Positions 12,609 through 27,158 are shown, numbered from the whole stretch's first letter. The stretch: DNA of 63,615 nucleotides, filler included, from Sluysia triapertura (GCA_046118255.1; 5 parts of 5 records of this genome joined end to end with filler, not necessarily neighbours in it); one strand, 5' to 3'. Notes: a model not told the origin generated them from the letters alone. A program made the numbers and translations.

Positions 12609-12708
12609 NNNNNNNNNNNNNNNNNNNNNNNNNNNNNNNNNNNNNNNNNNNNTTAATTAATTAANNNNNNNNNNNNNNNNNNNNNNNNNNNNNNNNNNNN
12701 NNNNNNNN
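12609..12708. other. artificial contig linker N44-TTAATTAATTAA-N44
   Basis: Exactly 100 bp; the central 12-mer has stop codons in all six frames. Confidence 0.97.
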
Positions 12709-15700
12709 TCTTTTTTTTATTACATTGCGCATTTTATAATTAAAAAATACCTGATAGTTAAAATTAATAAGCACTGATATAAATGTAAATGTGTTTATGC
12801 ATTTAAAATAATTAAGATAAATTAAATTATACAAAAAATATTTAAGATTGAAGATATATAGTAAAATCGTTATATATTATATACTAATAAATATTCTTTT
12901 TAAAAAATTTATTCGTTATCTGAATGTTAATTTTTAATGTCAAAATCGCTTCAACTTATCTTTAAAATGAGTGACACATTTCTAGCTAGTTATTTAATTG
13001 AATGTGGCGGTGAAATCATAAATTAGTTTTTTGTGTTTCGTGTGTTTATTATAACACACTTGTGATAAAATTCTTTTTATCTGGTCTTATGTTTAACTAA
13101 CATTTCATTAATAACGATAAATCCTAATTGCTTATTGCATTGTATCAATTTTTAATTAATATTGAAAATTGAATGAATACACTGTTATTTTTATTATTTT
13201 CAGCTTACAGGAATAATTCAATTTAAATGTTTTTAAACTTAGTTTTCAGTTCGATTATATATCAAATCGTTCTCTTAAATAATGTCTGTTTTTTATCTGT
13301 CGTGATAGAAGTGAATTATATCAAAAGTTCGCGATTAATTTAATTTCTATTTGCTACAACAATCAACAATTTAATAACAATGATTAGATAAGCAATATTG
13401 ATTAAAATATATGTAAGTATTCGACCTATTTTATCTTCGAGATTTCAAAACAATTTTTACACGATAGAGAAAAGTGGTTTCTATACACATTTTTTATAAT
13501 TTTACAAATTTAATATTCTCGAATTGTTTTATTAAATTTAGTAACAAATACAGACTTGAATTCCATAATCTTATCAAAAATCTGTTTACTAAATAACTTC
13601 TTCAAATAATTGACCAAAATATACAAAATTAACCTTCAAGTAATTGTGATTGCTCAGAATTCATCTATTTTTCCATAATATATATATTACGCTGAAGATA
13701 TCTTTGTTTTATATTTGATTTGACATATTATAATATATTATAGGTATATGATATTAATATTTCATAACCAAATAATCCCATAATGAAAGTGGCCTTAGTT
13801 CTATTTCAATTATTATAATTATAACAATATTTATCATTATTATGATTATTATTAAATATTTTCAGTATCATTAGATTTAATAGATACTTGTAAATGCAAC
13901 AATAATCCACAAATATAACAAGATAAAGTTTGTTGGAACCATTGTTTATCCTACTAATTGTAACTTTAAATAATTTTACTTCTGATAACTTCATTAGAAC
14001 CATTAACTTTTTTTCGTTCTAATTTTTAACCTTTTCTACTAAAACAATTTTTTCAAAATATTCATAACTTTCTTTACCGAAAATATTTTTCTGAAATTTA
14101 GTACTGAATAGTGTTATCAAAACAATAATTCATTATCATTTTCAAATTTCCATTAAATTTAAACAAATTTATTCTTTTAGTGATTATATCAATGTGTTAA
14201 AATGTGTTTTTCAACATTCTACTTTATAAAAGCCTAACATGCTTTTTGTTTTTATTATCATTTTCTATTTGCAGGTACTGACAATTTACTATTTCAGTAT
14301 TGACAAAATTGAAAATGCTTTTATCTTACTTGTAAAATGTTATGTATTTTATTAAATGTTAATTATTTTGCAGAAAACAATTACAGCGGTGCTTCAAAAG
14401 CAAAAAGTAAATAAAGCAAGCTTAAATAATAATAATAATAAAGAATAAGAATAACGACATGTTAAGTAATTAATGCTTTAATTAAACAAAAAAGCTTAAT
14501 GTCATCAAAAAGGAAAATTATTAAAGAAAATTTAAATCGAATACATTTATTTTAAAGATATTCAAAAATCAATGCTTTTATCATTAATTTTACAAATTTT
14601 GAAATTAATCAACGAATTATTTTACTTTGTTGATTACAAAATTATGTTAAAGCTTTGTTTTGCAATATTATAAAATTAAAACTATAATAAAATAAAATTT
14701 TTTATTTTATGTTTTTTTCAAATATATTTGTTTTACTTTATGGTTTAACTTTGTTAAGTTGCTTAAAATAATTTACTTTTTGATTTTTATAAGACTATAT
14801 TGAATTGTCGTAAAGTACTACGGATAATTTTTATTTCTTATAAATTCTGTGAATCGGATCGGCTTATGAGTAATTTGTGAAGATTAGTTATAAGTTGTTT
14901 CTGTCGAAAAGAATGGACTTACTGAATATAATATCATTTATACTCAGAAGTAAATTCAACGTTTAACTCTCCAAAATACATTCATAAATAAAACAAATAC
15001 AAATAAACACAATACATTCAAAAAGGGAACCATACATAATCGCTCTAGTTTTATTCAAATGTTAATTTAAATCAATTTAGTTGTAGTACCTAATGCGAAA
15101 ATTGTTACAAAATTACCGTTTCTGACCAAAATGATTAAAACTGAATTATCAAAATCAAATAATTTTAATATTAAAAATTGTAGAGACAAAATGTTCACGT
15201 TAGAAAACTTTATAAGTTGAATAATCATTTAATTTTTCAGGCCAAATACTCAATAATTTCCCATATGAAATCATACAAACAATTTTTCAAATAGATTCAA
15301 ATATTAATACAACTTTCCAAATAATCAAGTCAGGTAATTTTGATTATCACCTAAATAACTTACGTTCTGATATAGAAAATCTGAATTTTTCAATTTCTCC
15401 TTATAGTAAATTCCTTTCTACAATAAATTTGTAGCATTCAGTCATTTTAATATTAAATTTTAATACATAATGTTCTTAGTGATTTTATTCTTCTCTATTT
15501 TAAGTTTATATTATTCAGCCACAACATCTAATTACTGATTGTGTAAAATGATTTTCACAATCATTTTCATAGAGTTATTTCATATGTTTCAGAAATATAT
15601 GTACCCACTTCGCACAGTACATATATGTACAAAATTCACTTCATATTTCATTTTATGTCGCATGTTTATTTCATTCATGTGTTCATTTTATTCATATGAA

Positions 15701-17953
15701 TAAAAATATATCTGATCGCAAAATTTCCATGAGGATATAAAAAAATTTTAAAAAAATGCTTTTTATATGTTTTGCGAAAGTAATTGTCCAGTGAGACTAA
15801 AATTATATTAAGATATGAAATTATAAGAATCTGCAAAGCTAGTTTTATGAGACCTTGTAGATGTTATACCGTTAAATGTAGGTAAGTATCTATCAAGCAG
15901 ATGATTACACTACTTCAAAACCAGTCATTGCGAGGGCCAATTGCAAAATTAAATTATCATATTGTTCATTTCATAAACTAATATAAATTTCGAGAACCAT
16001 AGAAGATTACAGGTTTTTATTTGATGGGTTTATCTACTGATCAAGTAATTCATCAACTGTCAAATTTTTTCACTTGTTGAAACGAAACAAAACACAAAAT
16101 ACGGACCATCTCATGTAAACAATATTGACTTATATGATATGTTATTTTCTCTGAATAATTTATATTTATCTACATGCTTAATGAAAAAAAGCATTAACTG
16201 TAAACAACAAGTACACAACAAACAAAAACAATATAAAATTACATAAATAACAAAACCAAAAACGCCTCAATAACAATAATTATTACACGTCCTTATCTCC
16301 AAACTAAAAGAAAAACTTGATTGTATTTATTTTATTATATATAACAATTACTAATTTAGTAGCATTAAATAATTTTATATAAACGGAATAATTTTAATTG
16401 TGATTTGTCACTTATTAAGTAAAAACCAAAATCTATAATGCGCCAAAAACAACTAACTCTTAAGTTGTTAACATAATCTGAGTTTGCGAAACATAATAAA
16501 AGAAGTACTCTTAACCAAATAATCATCTTTTTCTGTAACAACAAAATTTAACATTGATGAATACATTCTTAGGTGTAAAAAGTTAAATTACATTGATCCT
16601 AGTTTCAATCTCATGTTTGAAACGATAATTGAAAAATAATTATTTGCTAATATTATTTCCGCTTTATTTGCAATATTTTCTAATGCAGTTTTGAAATATA
16701 ATTTTTTATAACTTTATCCAATGGATTCGATGTTTGTAAACTTTGAAATATCACTGATTTATTCAAATTAGAAATTGAACCAAAACTTGGTGAAATTGTT
16801 AATAAATCATTTATCTCAAAGCAATAGTATCCGCTTCGTGGACTGTTTTCTAACAACGGATCAGGTATTTGTACACATTTCTAGTACTGTCATCTAACGG
16901 CGGAAGAGTATTTGTATCACTTAAAAAGTATTCTTTAAAAGCGAGGCAAGGTATTATAGTCTAGGCACACGTTAGATATAATTCATACATAAAAAATGTC
17001 TTTCTGCAACTTTCCGGAGTAGTTATCAGTATGAAATTATAACTTCGATTTTGCCGACTATCTACTTAACGTCAAGTTTTTCTTGGTTGTAAATAGACTA
17101 CAGTAACCGTTTTTAATCAACATTAAACGCAATATCATCTAATTCTATTAGTTTTTAAGTGAAAATGTATCAGAAAGTAAGAGCCATATTTTCAAATTTT
17201 ATTGATATCTAATCATTTTAAATATATTGTTTTATTTTAAAAAAACCATTTTATCTCCCAAATAAATTATATTTGTAAATCATTAATTAAAATATTCTTA
17301 TTGTTGCTTATTTTTATTTATTTTAATGAAAATGGAATTTTACAGTATTTAAAACATCATTGTTAAGGATTATATTTTGTTACTATTATTGTTATTATTA
17401 TTATTTAAGTGTATCATTTTTGCATATTATATTTAAATGTGTATTTTTTACATTTTTATGCATTATTTGGACACATTTTAATTAATTTATTGACTGTGCA
17501 TTTTCTTGTTACGCATTTTTATGCATACAAGTACAAGTAAAAGTACGAATACATAATTTTATTAGTTATGGTATGTTATTATTTTTCATTAGCAAAATTA
17601 TGAATTATTCTTAGTGCCATATTTATATTCTTTTTATTTTGTTTTGTTTTATACATTATTTATTTGAATTATTTATATTTTGTAGATACTAATTTTTATG
17701 AATCTTTTTTTTCTATTTTTAATTGGAGATTGTGAGGTTTTTTGTTTTTTGCATTATTTGACGAATGTATTGATAAAATAATGGGAAAAGGAAAAGATAA
17801 ATAAATAAATAAAAATAATATTTTAATTCACGAAGAATTAGTGAATAAAAATCATTATGGATAGATCGATACATTTTACAATTACTTTATGACTTTAATT
17901 GCATAGACAAAATGACGATATAATCGAAATCAACTATAGAAAGAATTTAACTA

Positions 17954-19611
17954 CAGTCAATCCTCATTAATCCGAACTTCAATAATCCGAAAACTTCATA
18001 GTCCGAAAAAAATTATTTATTTCGTCAATTTTTGAACGTTTCCAGGCAAATTTGATTCATTAATCAGAAACTTCATGATCCGCAATCTGAAATCTCTTTT
18101 TAGAATTAAATTTCTAATAATTTTTAAAAGTTTCGAATTCGTGTTGTTTTAATTTTAATTTAAATTAAATATCCATATGGCTAGAAAAAGAGCAGAAATT
18201 ATAATTCATCAAAAGGTAAAAATTTGTGCAATAAAGGAGTCGAAGAAAATGTCGCTGAATGAATTGTCTCAAATTATCAGAAGAAAATTAAACCTGGACC
18301 TAGGAATTTCTACATTATCAGAAATTTTGAAAAATAAAGAGAAATGGGAAAATTGCGAAAGCTCAAATACTTACTCCAGATAATTTTCGAAAATTCATTC
18401 TCTGCTTGAGAATTCATTCATCGAATGGTTACGTGACTGATGAAATTATCATTACAAAAGCAAAGGATGGCTCTATAGATTCAAAAATCGATTTAATCTG
18501 AAATTGAAAGTTATCCATGGAAAAGCAAATTCAATGAATGATGTTAATGTTTCAGCCCATAGAAAAAATGGTTAAAAGTTTGCAGAATTGACCCAGAAGT
18601 TATACTCAATATGGATGAAACTGGACTTTTTTAAAGCATTTCCTACATGAACAATTTCATCAAGTGAAAGAAAAGGCATAAAACAATCTTTATGTTCAAA
18701 TGCTAGTGGATCAATTAAAAGTACACCCTTTGTTATTGGATATAGCAAGAAACCAAGATGTTTTAAATGATTTAATGTTGCAAGATACTGTAATTACCAC
18801 ACAAATTCGAAATCACGGATGACGACCGATTTGTTTAATTGTTTTATGCAGCATCTTGATGATGAACTGAGAAAATGCAAAAAGAAATTTTATCTACTTC
18901 TTGATAAGGCTCCAAGTCATAGCTTAAGAAATGTTTTCAGAACATTGAAGTTGTAATGCTTCCGAAGAACTCAACTGCTCATTTTCAACCCACTGATGCA
19001 GGTATAATAAAAAATTTAAAACATTATTACAGAAAAAAGTTAAAAGTTGATTACATGAACTCGCTTGATCAAACAAAAGCCTTTGTTAATAATCTTAAGA
19101 GAGCTATATAGATAGTCCATGAAGCTTGGGAAGATGTGAAAGAAGAAACCATCAAAAATTGTTTCAAAAAGGTTGCGATTATTCCAGGTCTTCATGGATC
19201 TTATACTGAAGAAAACTTGTTATGAGATCCCGTTCTTGAGACACATAATGAGCTTGACCAAATAATGGTTGAAGAGGATATGATTCAAACAAAAGAAGTC
19301 ATTGATGATGATGAAATCATTGCACTGTGTTTAGAATACACTGTTGAAGATGTTGTACTTACTGCTGAAGAATGTCAGGTCATTTTATTCCATGCAATTG
19401 AAATTGTCATCAAAGCAAGTTCTTCTTCAAACAGCTCTACTCAAAAAATAACCAATGATACAGTAAAAAATTTAAGTCAAAGATGATTTTTTAAATAATT
19501 TCATCATTAATCTGGCTATCATATAGATTTTAAATTCCTTCATTATCCGAATTAATTCACAATCCGAAAGGAAATCGATTTCTAATTTTTCGGATTAATG
19601 AGGGTTAAGTA
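17954..19611 (+). mobile_element. degenerate pogo/Tigger (CENP-B-like) DNA transposon, near full length
   Basis: TIRs CAGTCAATCCTCATTAATCCGAA (17954) and TTCGGATTAATGAGGGTTAAGTA (19589-19611), with TA on the left. HTH_psq N-terminus (MARKRAEIIIHQKVKI...GISTLSEILKNKEKW). DDE motifs LNMDETGLF, CSNASGS, KKPRCFK, LLLDKAPSH, LPKNSTAHFQPTDAGII. Many stops and frameshifts. Confidence 0.93.
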
Positions 19612-21869
19612 TGCATAATTTCAATGAAAATTATTATAAGTGTGACTTTCTAATGTTAAAACAACATTTATTGATAAAGCGAAACAAAGGCTAACAAATT
19701 AGAGATTGAACGAGCTATCAATTGAATATAAATTTAAAAAATTATTGATTAACTGTAATTCATTTACCACGAATTTATTTATTTTTAAATCATTTATTTA
19801 CTAAGACTTACTTAAGCTAGATTTTTATAATAATTTACACCCTTATTTAAAATACTACATTTTAGATTTTGTATTAATAAACTTTAGTAAATTAAGTGCT
19901 TTAATAAATAGATTTTACATTTAGAATAATTTTAAATATAAAATCTTGAATTTTTATCGCTACTAACTCATTTCAATTACATAATATAATTTTACAATAA
20001 TTTGAGCTTTAAAGCAAAAAAGTAATTACAACTTACTGTCATTAAACTTAAAAAATTGAGCAATAATAATTTTATTATTATTGTGAGAATAATTTGTAAT
20101 AATTCTTTAGTAATTAAAATTAAAGTTAAAATGCAGCTAAAATGACTTAGTAATTTCAGTAACTTCAAAGTAACAGCTAAAAACTTGAAAAAAATTTCTC
20201 GCAAAACTTGAAAATAAATATGAGTGAAACACATAATTCTATTAAAATAGAAATGAAAAACTGAATAGTAACACGCGAATATTTACAAACTAACACCTAA
20301 TCACTAAATGAAACTACATGAATAAATAAATAAATTATAATATGCCAAACAAATATTACCTAATATAAAATTACTCAACAAAATTAGGCAATAACATTAC
20401 CTAATACAAAACAAATTAATAATGCAATAAATAATTTGTGATTTTATCTGCGAAGTAGATTAGATAATAGAAATTAGTTGTAATGGAAGGATCTACAGAA
20501 TAAATAAATTAAGTAACGGTGAGAACTACTCTTTAAAGCGTGATTTTCTTATATGTAGTAATGAATAATTAGTTAATTAGCGAATTGCCATTGCTGTGAT
20601 TAACCATTGATTAATTGTTAGCTGTTGAATAATTATGAATTTATTAAATTTAATATGAATTTATGAAAATTGATATCATTAAAAAAATATTATTCTGTTG
20701 GAACAATAACTAATATTGACCTCATCAAAATATTTTTATGAACTATTTGTAACCGCATTTATTCAATAAGTATTTTGAGGTGATTTTAATCATTTAAATT
20801 GATTCTAGCTATATCTTTATTAAGGTTTTCATGCGTTTAAGTCATAATTTCTAGTCATATTATCAAGATTATATAAATACAAATTACTTCTATAATACAA
20901 AATATTCCTTTATTTCTTTAAATTACAAAGTATAAAATTCTGAGCTTTTCTCTGTTTGTAGGTTTATATTTTATAGATTTAAAATTTATTCTACAATTCA
21001 GATCGCCATACCCAACTTAAAATTGTTTTTATAATTTATTATAATATGCGCAGCTTCGTACAATATTGATTATGCAAATTATGTAAAAATTAAATGCAAT
21101 AATTTCTAATACTCTTTAAAAATTCATTTGCAAAAATTTTCTGCTTTACAGAATATTTTTCACTGTTAATTTTTTTAATTCCACTTTATAACTTTTCTAC
21201 AGTTAGAATCTGAATATAGTAAATTCCTAATATATGGTCAATTTCTTCTTATGATTTTAATGTATTTTATTAATAATGACCCATTTCTATATATTTACAT
21301 TAACACTGGTTTGGGCACTTTTATAATTTATTTATTTATATACTATCACTTAGTACCTATGTATTTGTTTACTTTAATTTCCATTTTACTAAAATCGTGT
21401 TTTCATTTATACGATCTATCCATTTGATCTGTAGCTTTATTTGATTGATAATAATTTGTAGTGAATTCTACTTTATTCCTATTGCATTTCTATTTTATTT
21501 CAATATATTTCTTTTTTATTTTATTCAATTTTAAAATTGTCATTTAAATTTATTTTTATTTCTTACTGTAATCTATGAAATGCAAAAAAAGTATTGAAAA
21601 AGTCTCAATCGAAAATATCACTAAAATAATACCTAAAATCGATTAAAAATTTTGTATCAATGAAATTAACTTCATAAAATATAACTACTCCAAAATTCAT
21701 AATTATAACTATTTTACATAATTAAAAATTTTTTTTATTTGCAGGTTCAAAACCCTATAATCATAAAACATGCATGCATGAAATCTGAACTAACAGTTTT
21801 GGAATCCTAAAATATTAAGAATTCGTGTAAAGTTTTGAATTAATGTTCATTGAATAAAATTAAATTTAC

Positions 21870-22025
21870 CTGAACATCTTTCATATATTGCTCAAAGTCA
21901 ATTTCTTCAATATCTTGAATAAGTAAATTCTTCTGATCATCAGTTAATTCATCCCAAAAAGTTAATAAATGTTCTTGATTGTAATGCTCAAGTTGTTTAT
22001 GTATACTATTTGGTATTCCTATCAT
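21870..22025 (-). CDS. UAP1: UDP-N-acetylglucosamine pyrophosphorylase, first coding exon
   Basis: MIGIPNSIHKQLEHYNQEHLLTFWDELTDDQKNLLIQDIEEIDFEQYMKDVQ matches the UAP1 N-terminal motif QEHLLxFWxEL. Phase-0 donor CAG|GTAAAT at 21869. Catalytic exons not found on this contig. Confidence 0.85.
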
Positions 22026-24812
22026 TATTAATTGCAATATATTATTAACTAAAAAATATAAAATTAAACTAAATCTTTAAATAGCAATTTTCATAATTAA
22101 CCTAAAAGTGAAGAATTAATCACATGAATTTGCAAAATAAAAATAATTTAATTTATTGATTATAATTATGAGTTCATTATAAAATGTATAAAATATGCTC
22201 TGTAATAATATTTCTATATAATTAAAATTTGAATTATATTACGCAAAATGATGTTACAGTTTAACCTTGAAATTTTAATATAATAAAACTGATTAATTTA
22301 ATAAAATGATACGTGGTTCGCATTGCATAATAATGTTTTGATAAATATTATGTGTGATTTATTGAGCCATTATAAGGTATACAATTATCAAATTTTTTTA
22401 ATTTAATTTATAAATACCTAAGAGAATAAGAGTTTTACGTCAAGTCATTGAAAAAATTACATTGAATTGTTATTCCTAATATGCATTGGAAATGTGAAAA
22501 TTTTATGATATTAATATTGACTAAGTTTTGTTCTCATAATTCAATTAAGCTTCAGAAATATAAAATTAATATCACATTGAAAAATACTGAATTAATCTCT
22601 AATTTTGTTAAATTTACACATTTTAAAAATTTTAGTCTAATTGTTTTTTGGTGAAATATATTTTATACATCATAAAGTTAACTGCATGCACGTTCCAATA
22701 TAATGATTTGAAATTCTCTGTTATGAATTCATAATTCCTATAAATACATCACTCAAGTGAGAATAAATCGTATATTACAGGTGAATCCTTCATACTAATT
22801 TTGCAAACCTAAGTAAAGCATATAAAAACAACAAAATCCTATTATTGAGGGCATAATTTGTGATTACAGATTATATTATACGAAATGTTTATGTTTACAT
22901 TGGTTTTGATTAAGAAGTGTTTTATCATAGTGTTTGAGGCACTTAACTTGACGTCGAAACTGAATTATATTATTATATGAATTAAGATTGGATAAGAAAA
23001 GACTTTTATTGTATTCATAGAGATAAAAACAAACAGAGAATATATAATAATACTTTAAACTAACATAACAGAAAAAATAAATGTCAACAGAGTTCGCTTG
23101 CAATATACGACTTATAATTGGCGTACTTGCAAGTAACGTGAATATCTTAAATATATATTTGCAGTGTAAGAAGTATTCAGCGAATATAGTCTAAGAGATT
23201 TATAATGTATTTTAACGAATATATTCAGGTTAACACTCTAATACACACAACAAATGTTATTAAATATATAGTACTAAAGAATGATAAAATAATTTAATAA
23301 AATTATGAGAAATATAAACAATGATAGAACAATTTAATAATATAAGCAAGATTACAAAATGGTAATAATAATAGTGATAATAATAGTTTAACTAGATCTA
23401 GTCCTAAGGCTCGATCAAATATAATTAACAATATAATTGATCTTAAGTCGGATTTTTTAACTCTTATATAATTTAAGAGTTTGCACTGCTATATAAATTA
23501 AACTTACTACTTCATATCACGTAAATAATTTTTGTGTAGGAATAAGTTTCAACATTCGTTTCGTATGAACATAAACAGTTATTTCGAATTATAAGCGACC
23601 ATAAACCACGTAAACTGTTTTTATTATTGATTGCTCTATTTATATTACTTTTATCCAATTAAAAAATTAATGCATAAAAATGATTCCAAAAATAATTTTC
23701 CATTAGCTAAAATTCATTAGTTCCATTAAAATCCATTAGTATGTTTTATTATTTACTATTCCATTAATATTTTGCCTTTTTAAAATAATCGATTAATATT
23801 GTAAAGGTGTAAATTTTTTAATTTTATTTTGCATGTATTTACAAAAATTATAAATATTATAAATATTATATATAAAATTATTATCATTTAAAAAAATTAT
23901 TATTTAAATTATACCAAAATTAAAATTACTATTATTATAAATTAAAAAATACCTATAAATAAACTTCTCGAAAGACGTTTGTTTAAATAAATTAAATTTT
24001 AAAAAATATCTTTATGTCTATATAAAGACATACACAAATAGAAAGCTGCCATTTGTTAAATCAGAACACCATCTTTTTAAAATAAAGAAAGCAACACAAA
24101 TAAACAAGGAAACCATTAAGAAAATTCCACTCAAAATACTATTTTTTACGATTAGTCATTAAGGCCAATCATAAAATCAAACAAAAATATAAAATCTTAA
24201 ATCTTTAGTTGACCCTTAAGGTGAATTATAAAATCAGTATTGTAGGATAGAGTCTCTTGGCTAGACCCTTATTATAGCTAAATTATTATTGTTATTATAA
24301 ATTTTTTCATAGAATTTGTTTTTTTAGTAATAGTTTTTTTTATTGAATTTTTATCAATTTATAATAATTGTTATTTTTATCTTAGTTTTATACAATAAAA
24401 TTATTTGAGAGTTTTAAGCCCTGTTTTTTACTATAGTTGTCTTAATAGTTACGATTTAAACTTCAATATATTTTTCATTGTTAAGACGTTAAGTCCAATA
24501 TCCTTCCATATAATTAAAAGTAAAATTAAGAAGTATTTACGCTCATTATATTAAGATTTAAAGACATAAGACAGGATACGTTTTTATACCATAATTATTT
24601 ATTTGATTTGTTAATTTAAATATTCCATAAGCTAACGTTGGTCTTATTTAGTTTTTAAGTTATTTATTGTTAATTGACATAAATGACGATTTTGCCCATT
24701 ATTGTTAAGTTAATGCAAAGAATATTTTTGTACGATTGTTGTGTCTTTTAATATTTTTTAACCTTCCCAAATTATTAAATCAAAAATCAATAATTAAATA
24801 AACTCAAAACCT

Positions 24813-24912
24813 NNNNNNNNNNNNNNNNNNNNNNNNNNNNNNNNNNNNNNNNNNNNTTAATTAATTAANNNNNNNNNNNNNNNNNNNNNNNNNNNNNNNN
24901 NNNNNNNNNNNN
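24813..24912. other. artificial contig linker N44-TTAATTAATTAA-N44
   Basis: Same 100-bp linker. Confidence 0.97.
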
Positions 24913-25550
24913 AACCGATTGACGTAGGCGAACCCAAACTATAAATTAGTATTTTATAATTGTTCAGGTAGTAGTAAAACCGAACAATAATAACACCTTA
25001 AATAGACAAAAAGTTTTTAGATTCATTAAATTACAACCTTTTTATCCACGATATTTCAATACTTAGATCTTATTTTCAATTTTAACTTCAATTAATATTT
25101 AAGAACTTATTCTAACATCCTTTATTTCATTTTTGACTCAATTCATTCATCATATCTTTAAAGGTTAAATACAGTTAGCAATTCTTTCAAAACAATCCTT
25201 ACTCAGAAGGTTAGTTCAAATACATTTTAACTTACTTAAATACGTTAAACCTTTCCAGAATTTAAGCTAAATCTAATACAGTTTTAAAGAATTCAATTTT
25301 ATACAGTGGAATAACAACGACAACTCGAGCATCATACACACTGTTATCGTTGCTATTTCACTCATTTCCATCAATTTTTATTCAATTCCTTTTGTTACCT
25401 TTTTATATGTAAGAAATAAAGATATAAAAGAAAGAAAAAGATCATGTTAAAGACATAAAAGATAGTTGTTTTTCGTTTTATCAATAGTAATAATAACAAT
25501 GTTATTATTATTATTATTGTTATTATTATCAATTAATAAATTAATTATTA
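24913..25550 (+). repeat. arm A of cargo-element copy 2 (5' end cut by contig start)
   Basis: Colinear with 57385-57700. Shared blocks: TAAGAA.T.ATTCTAACAT, TATTTCATTT, ATCATATCTTTAAA, CAATTC.TTCAAA.CAAT, TACTCAGAA, TTAGTTC, ACATTTTAA, ATCAATTTTTATT, AAAGAAAGAAA, TCATGT, and the AATAATAACAAT...ATTGTTATTATT tract. Confidence 0.8.
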
Positions 25551-25916
25551 TTAAAATTTTTATTTACTTCACAAAATTGTCATTACCATCACCAGTGTTG
25601 ACGTTTTAATCATGACTATTAGTATCTTGTCAACACTGATGATGGCTATCCACATCTAATTTTGTCTTTTCTACTCAATTATTAATTTTTAATAGCCACC
25701 CAATCAGAGCTAATCTTGTTCGATGTTTTGTTTGAAAGCTCTGAATGGATGACCAACAGAAACAAATTAAGAGATTGTAGTATGAAAATTTTAAAAAATG
25801 AAAAGAGCATAATTCACAATTTGTAGTAACAAGTTAAAAACACCAAAAATAAAACAAACTTTTCTGAGTAAAAAAACAAACAGAATAAGATATTCTTAAT
25901 CAAATTTTTGCATTAG

Positions 25917-27158
25917 TCAAACCTGGTCTCTTACAATTTGAAGAAGCTGATATGTTGGTTATAACTCGAGATCAATTAGAACAAACAATATTGTACTTGG
26001 AAAATAGATTTAGACAATTAATCTCTGGATATGAAGAATGTTGTGATGGTTTGACTGAAGTTGTTCAACTAAGTCACGATCTTAGTGAAATTGAAGTGAG
26101 AAAAGCATCTGAATCATCGGAGTTGCCCAATATTGATCTAGATAATCAAACCCATATTAGTAATGTAATGATGGAAGAAGTGGTGAAGATGAGTGCTAAT
26201 AAATTACATACAATGGATCTTTCATTATTTCAGTTAGATAAAGTGTTAGTTACAGATGAAATAACTAATTCTGTTTCGACAATTGCTAATCACCTTAACA
26301 GTGTTACACATGTTCTTCGGATTATTGTCGATAAAGTAGTTGAATCAGCAAAACGAACACTAATATTTCGACTGATTTATGTTTAATATCAAGATCCCTT
26401 AAGGTAATCTTTGAATATTCGGATCAATTGGTTGATTCATACAATCAATTTTTACAATATCTTAATTCTGCATTTCTAAAATTAGAATCTGACAAATATG
26501 TGACTTCAAGCAAAGAAATTCAAAACATAATAAAGCCGTTATTGATTTCATCGAAGAACTTGGATCAAGAATATTGGAATGACCTGATAAGGATTTTAGA
26601 GACAGATGTTACAAATTGTATTAAAGATCTGCTTCCAATCGGTACCGAGATTAACAAAAGTGACTTATCGAATATCATAACTAGTTATGATACAGCTATT
26701 TCGTCTGCAAGTTATGGCATTAAAAATAATGCTTTATTAGTAAATAAATGTCAATCAGAGCTATTTAATGCTTTACATGGTATTAGAATATTTTTTGACG
26801 GGTTATTAGTTATCAATAAAAAGCTCCTTGTTTCAATAGTCAATAGTTCAACAAGAAAAGATATTGATCATTCGTTATCCAATTCATTCAAATGTTTGAT
26901 CAGAAAGACTGCAAGAGCTCTATTATTAGATGCACGCGGATTAGCAGAATCCAGTGGAGAGAATCAAAATCCGTTAGTGTCATTCCGACGATCATATTCT
27001 TTAATAGAACCAGTACTGACCACTTTCACTAAAGTTTTTGTTTTTGATAGACATCGAATAAATTTTTATTATTCACGTATAATTAATTATTATGATACCT
27101 TTTATTTTTAGAATATAATTATAGAACATGGAGTCACGAATCACAGCGTGGTGCAACG
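25917..27158 (+). pseudogene. divergent talin-rod-like (R10-R11 region) gene fragment with one frameshift
   Basis: ORFs 25952-26386 and 26428-27111 join if one A is added to the A-run near 26350. Helical-bundle composition. KTARALLLDARGLAESSGENQNPL resembles talin KTAKVLVEDTKVLVQNAAGSQEKL. Acceptor at 25916, 78-nt GT..AG intron at 27034-27111, mini-exon 27112-27158 ending at a GTGAAT donor. Confidence 0.55.

Noticed and set aside
12653-12664. TTAATTAATTAA as a biological repeat or piggyBac site
   Set aside because: Always centred in exactly 44+44 Ns; an assembly linker.
13200-15335. Plus-strand multi-exon gene suggested by several AG/GT-bounded segments
   Set aside because: I could not build a phase-consistent, recognisable protein; splice-like signals are common in AT-rich DNA.
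16900-17100. piggyBac C-terminal Cys-rich remnant on the minus strand
   Set aside because: Only a vague motif resemblance; no TIR or DDD core found.
26381-26403. 23-nt GT..AG intron that would restore the talin-like frame
   Set aside because: The downstream frame is already open back to ~26350 (TNTNISTDLCLISRSLK), so a 1-nt deletion in an A-run (mutation or sequencing error) is more parsimonious. Not fully excluded.
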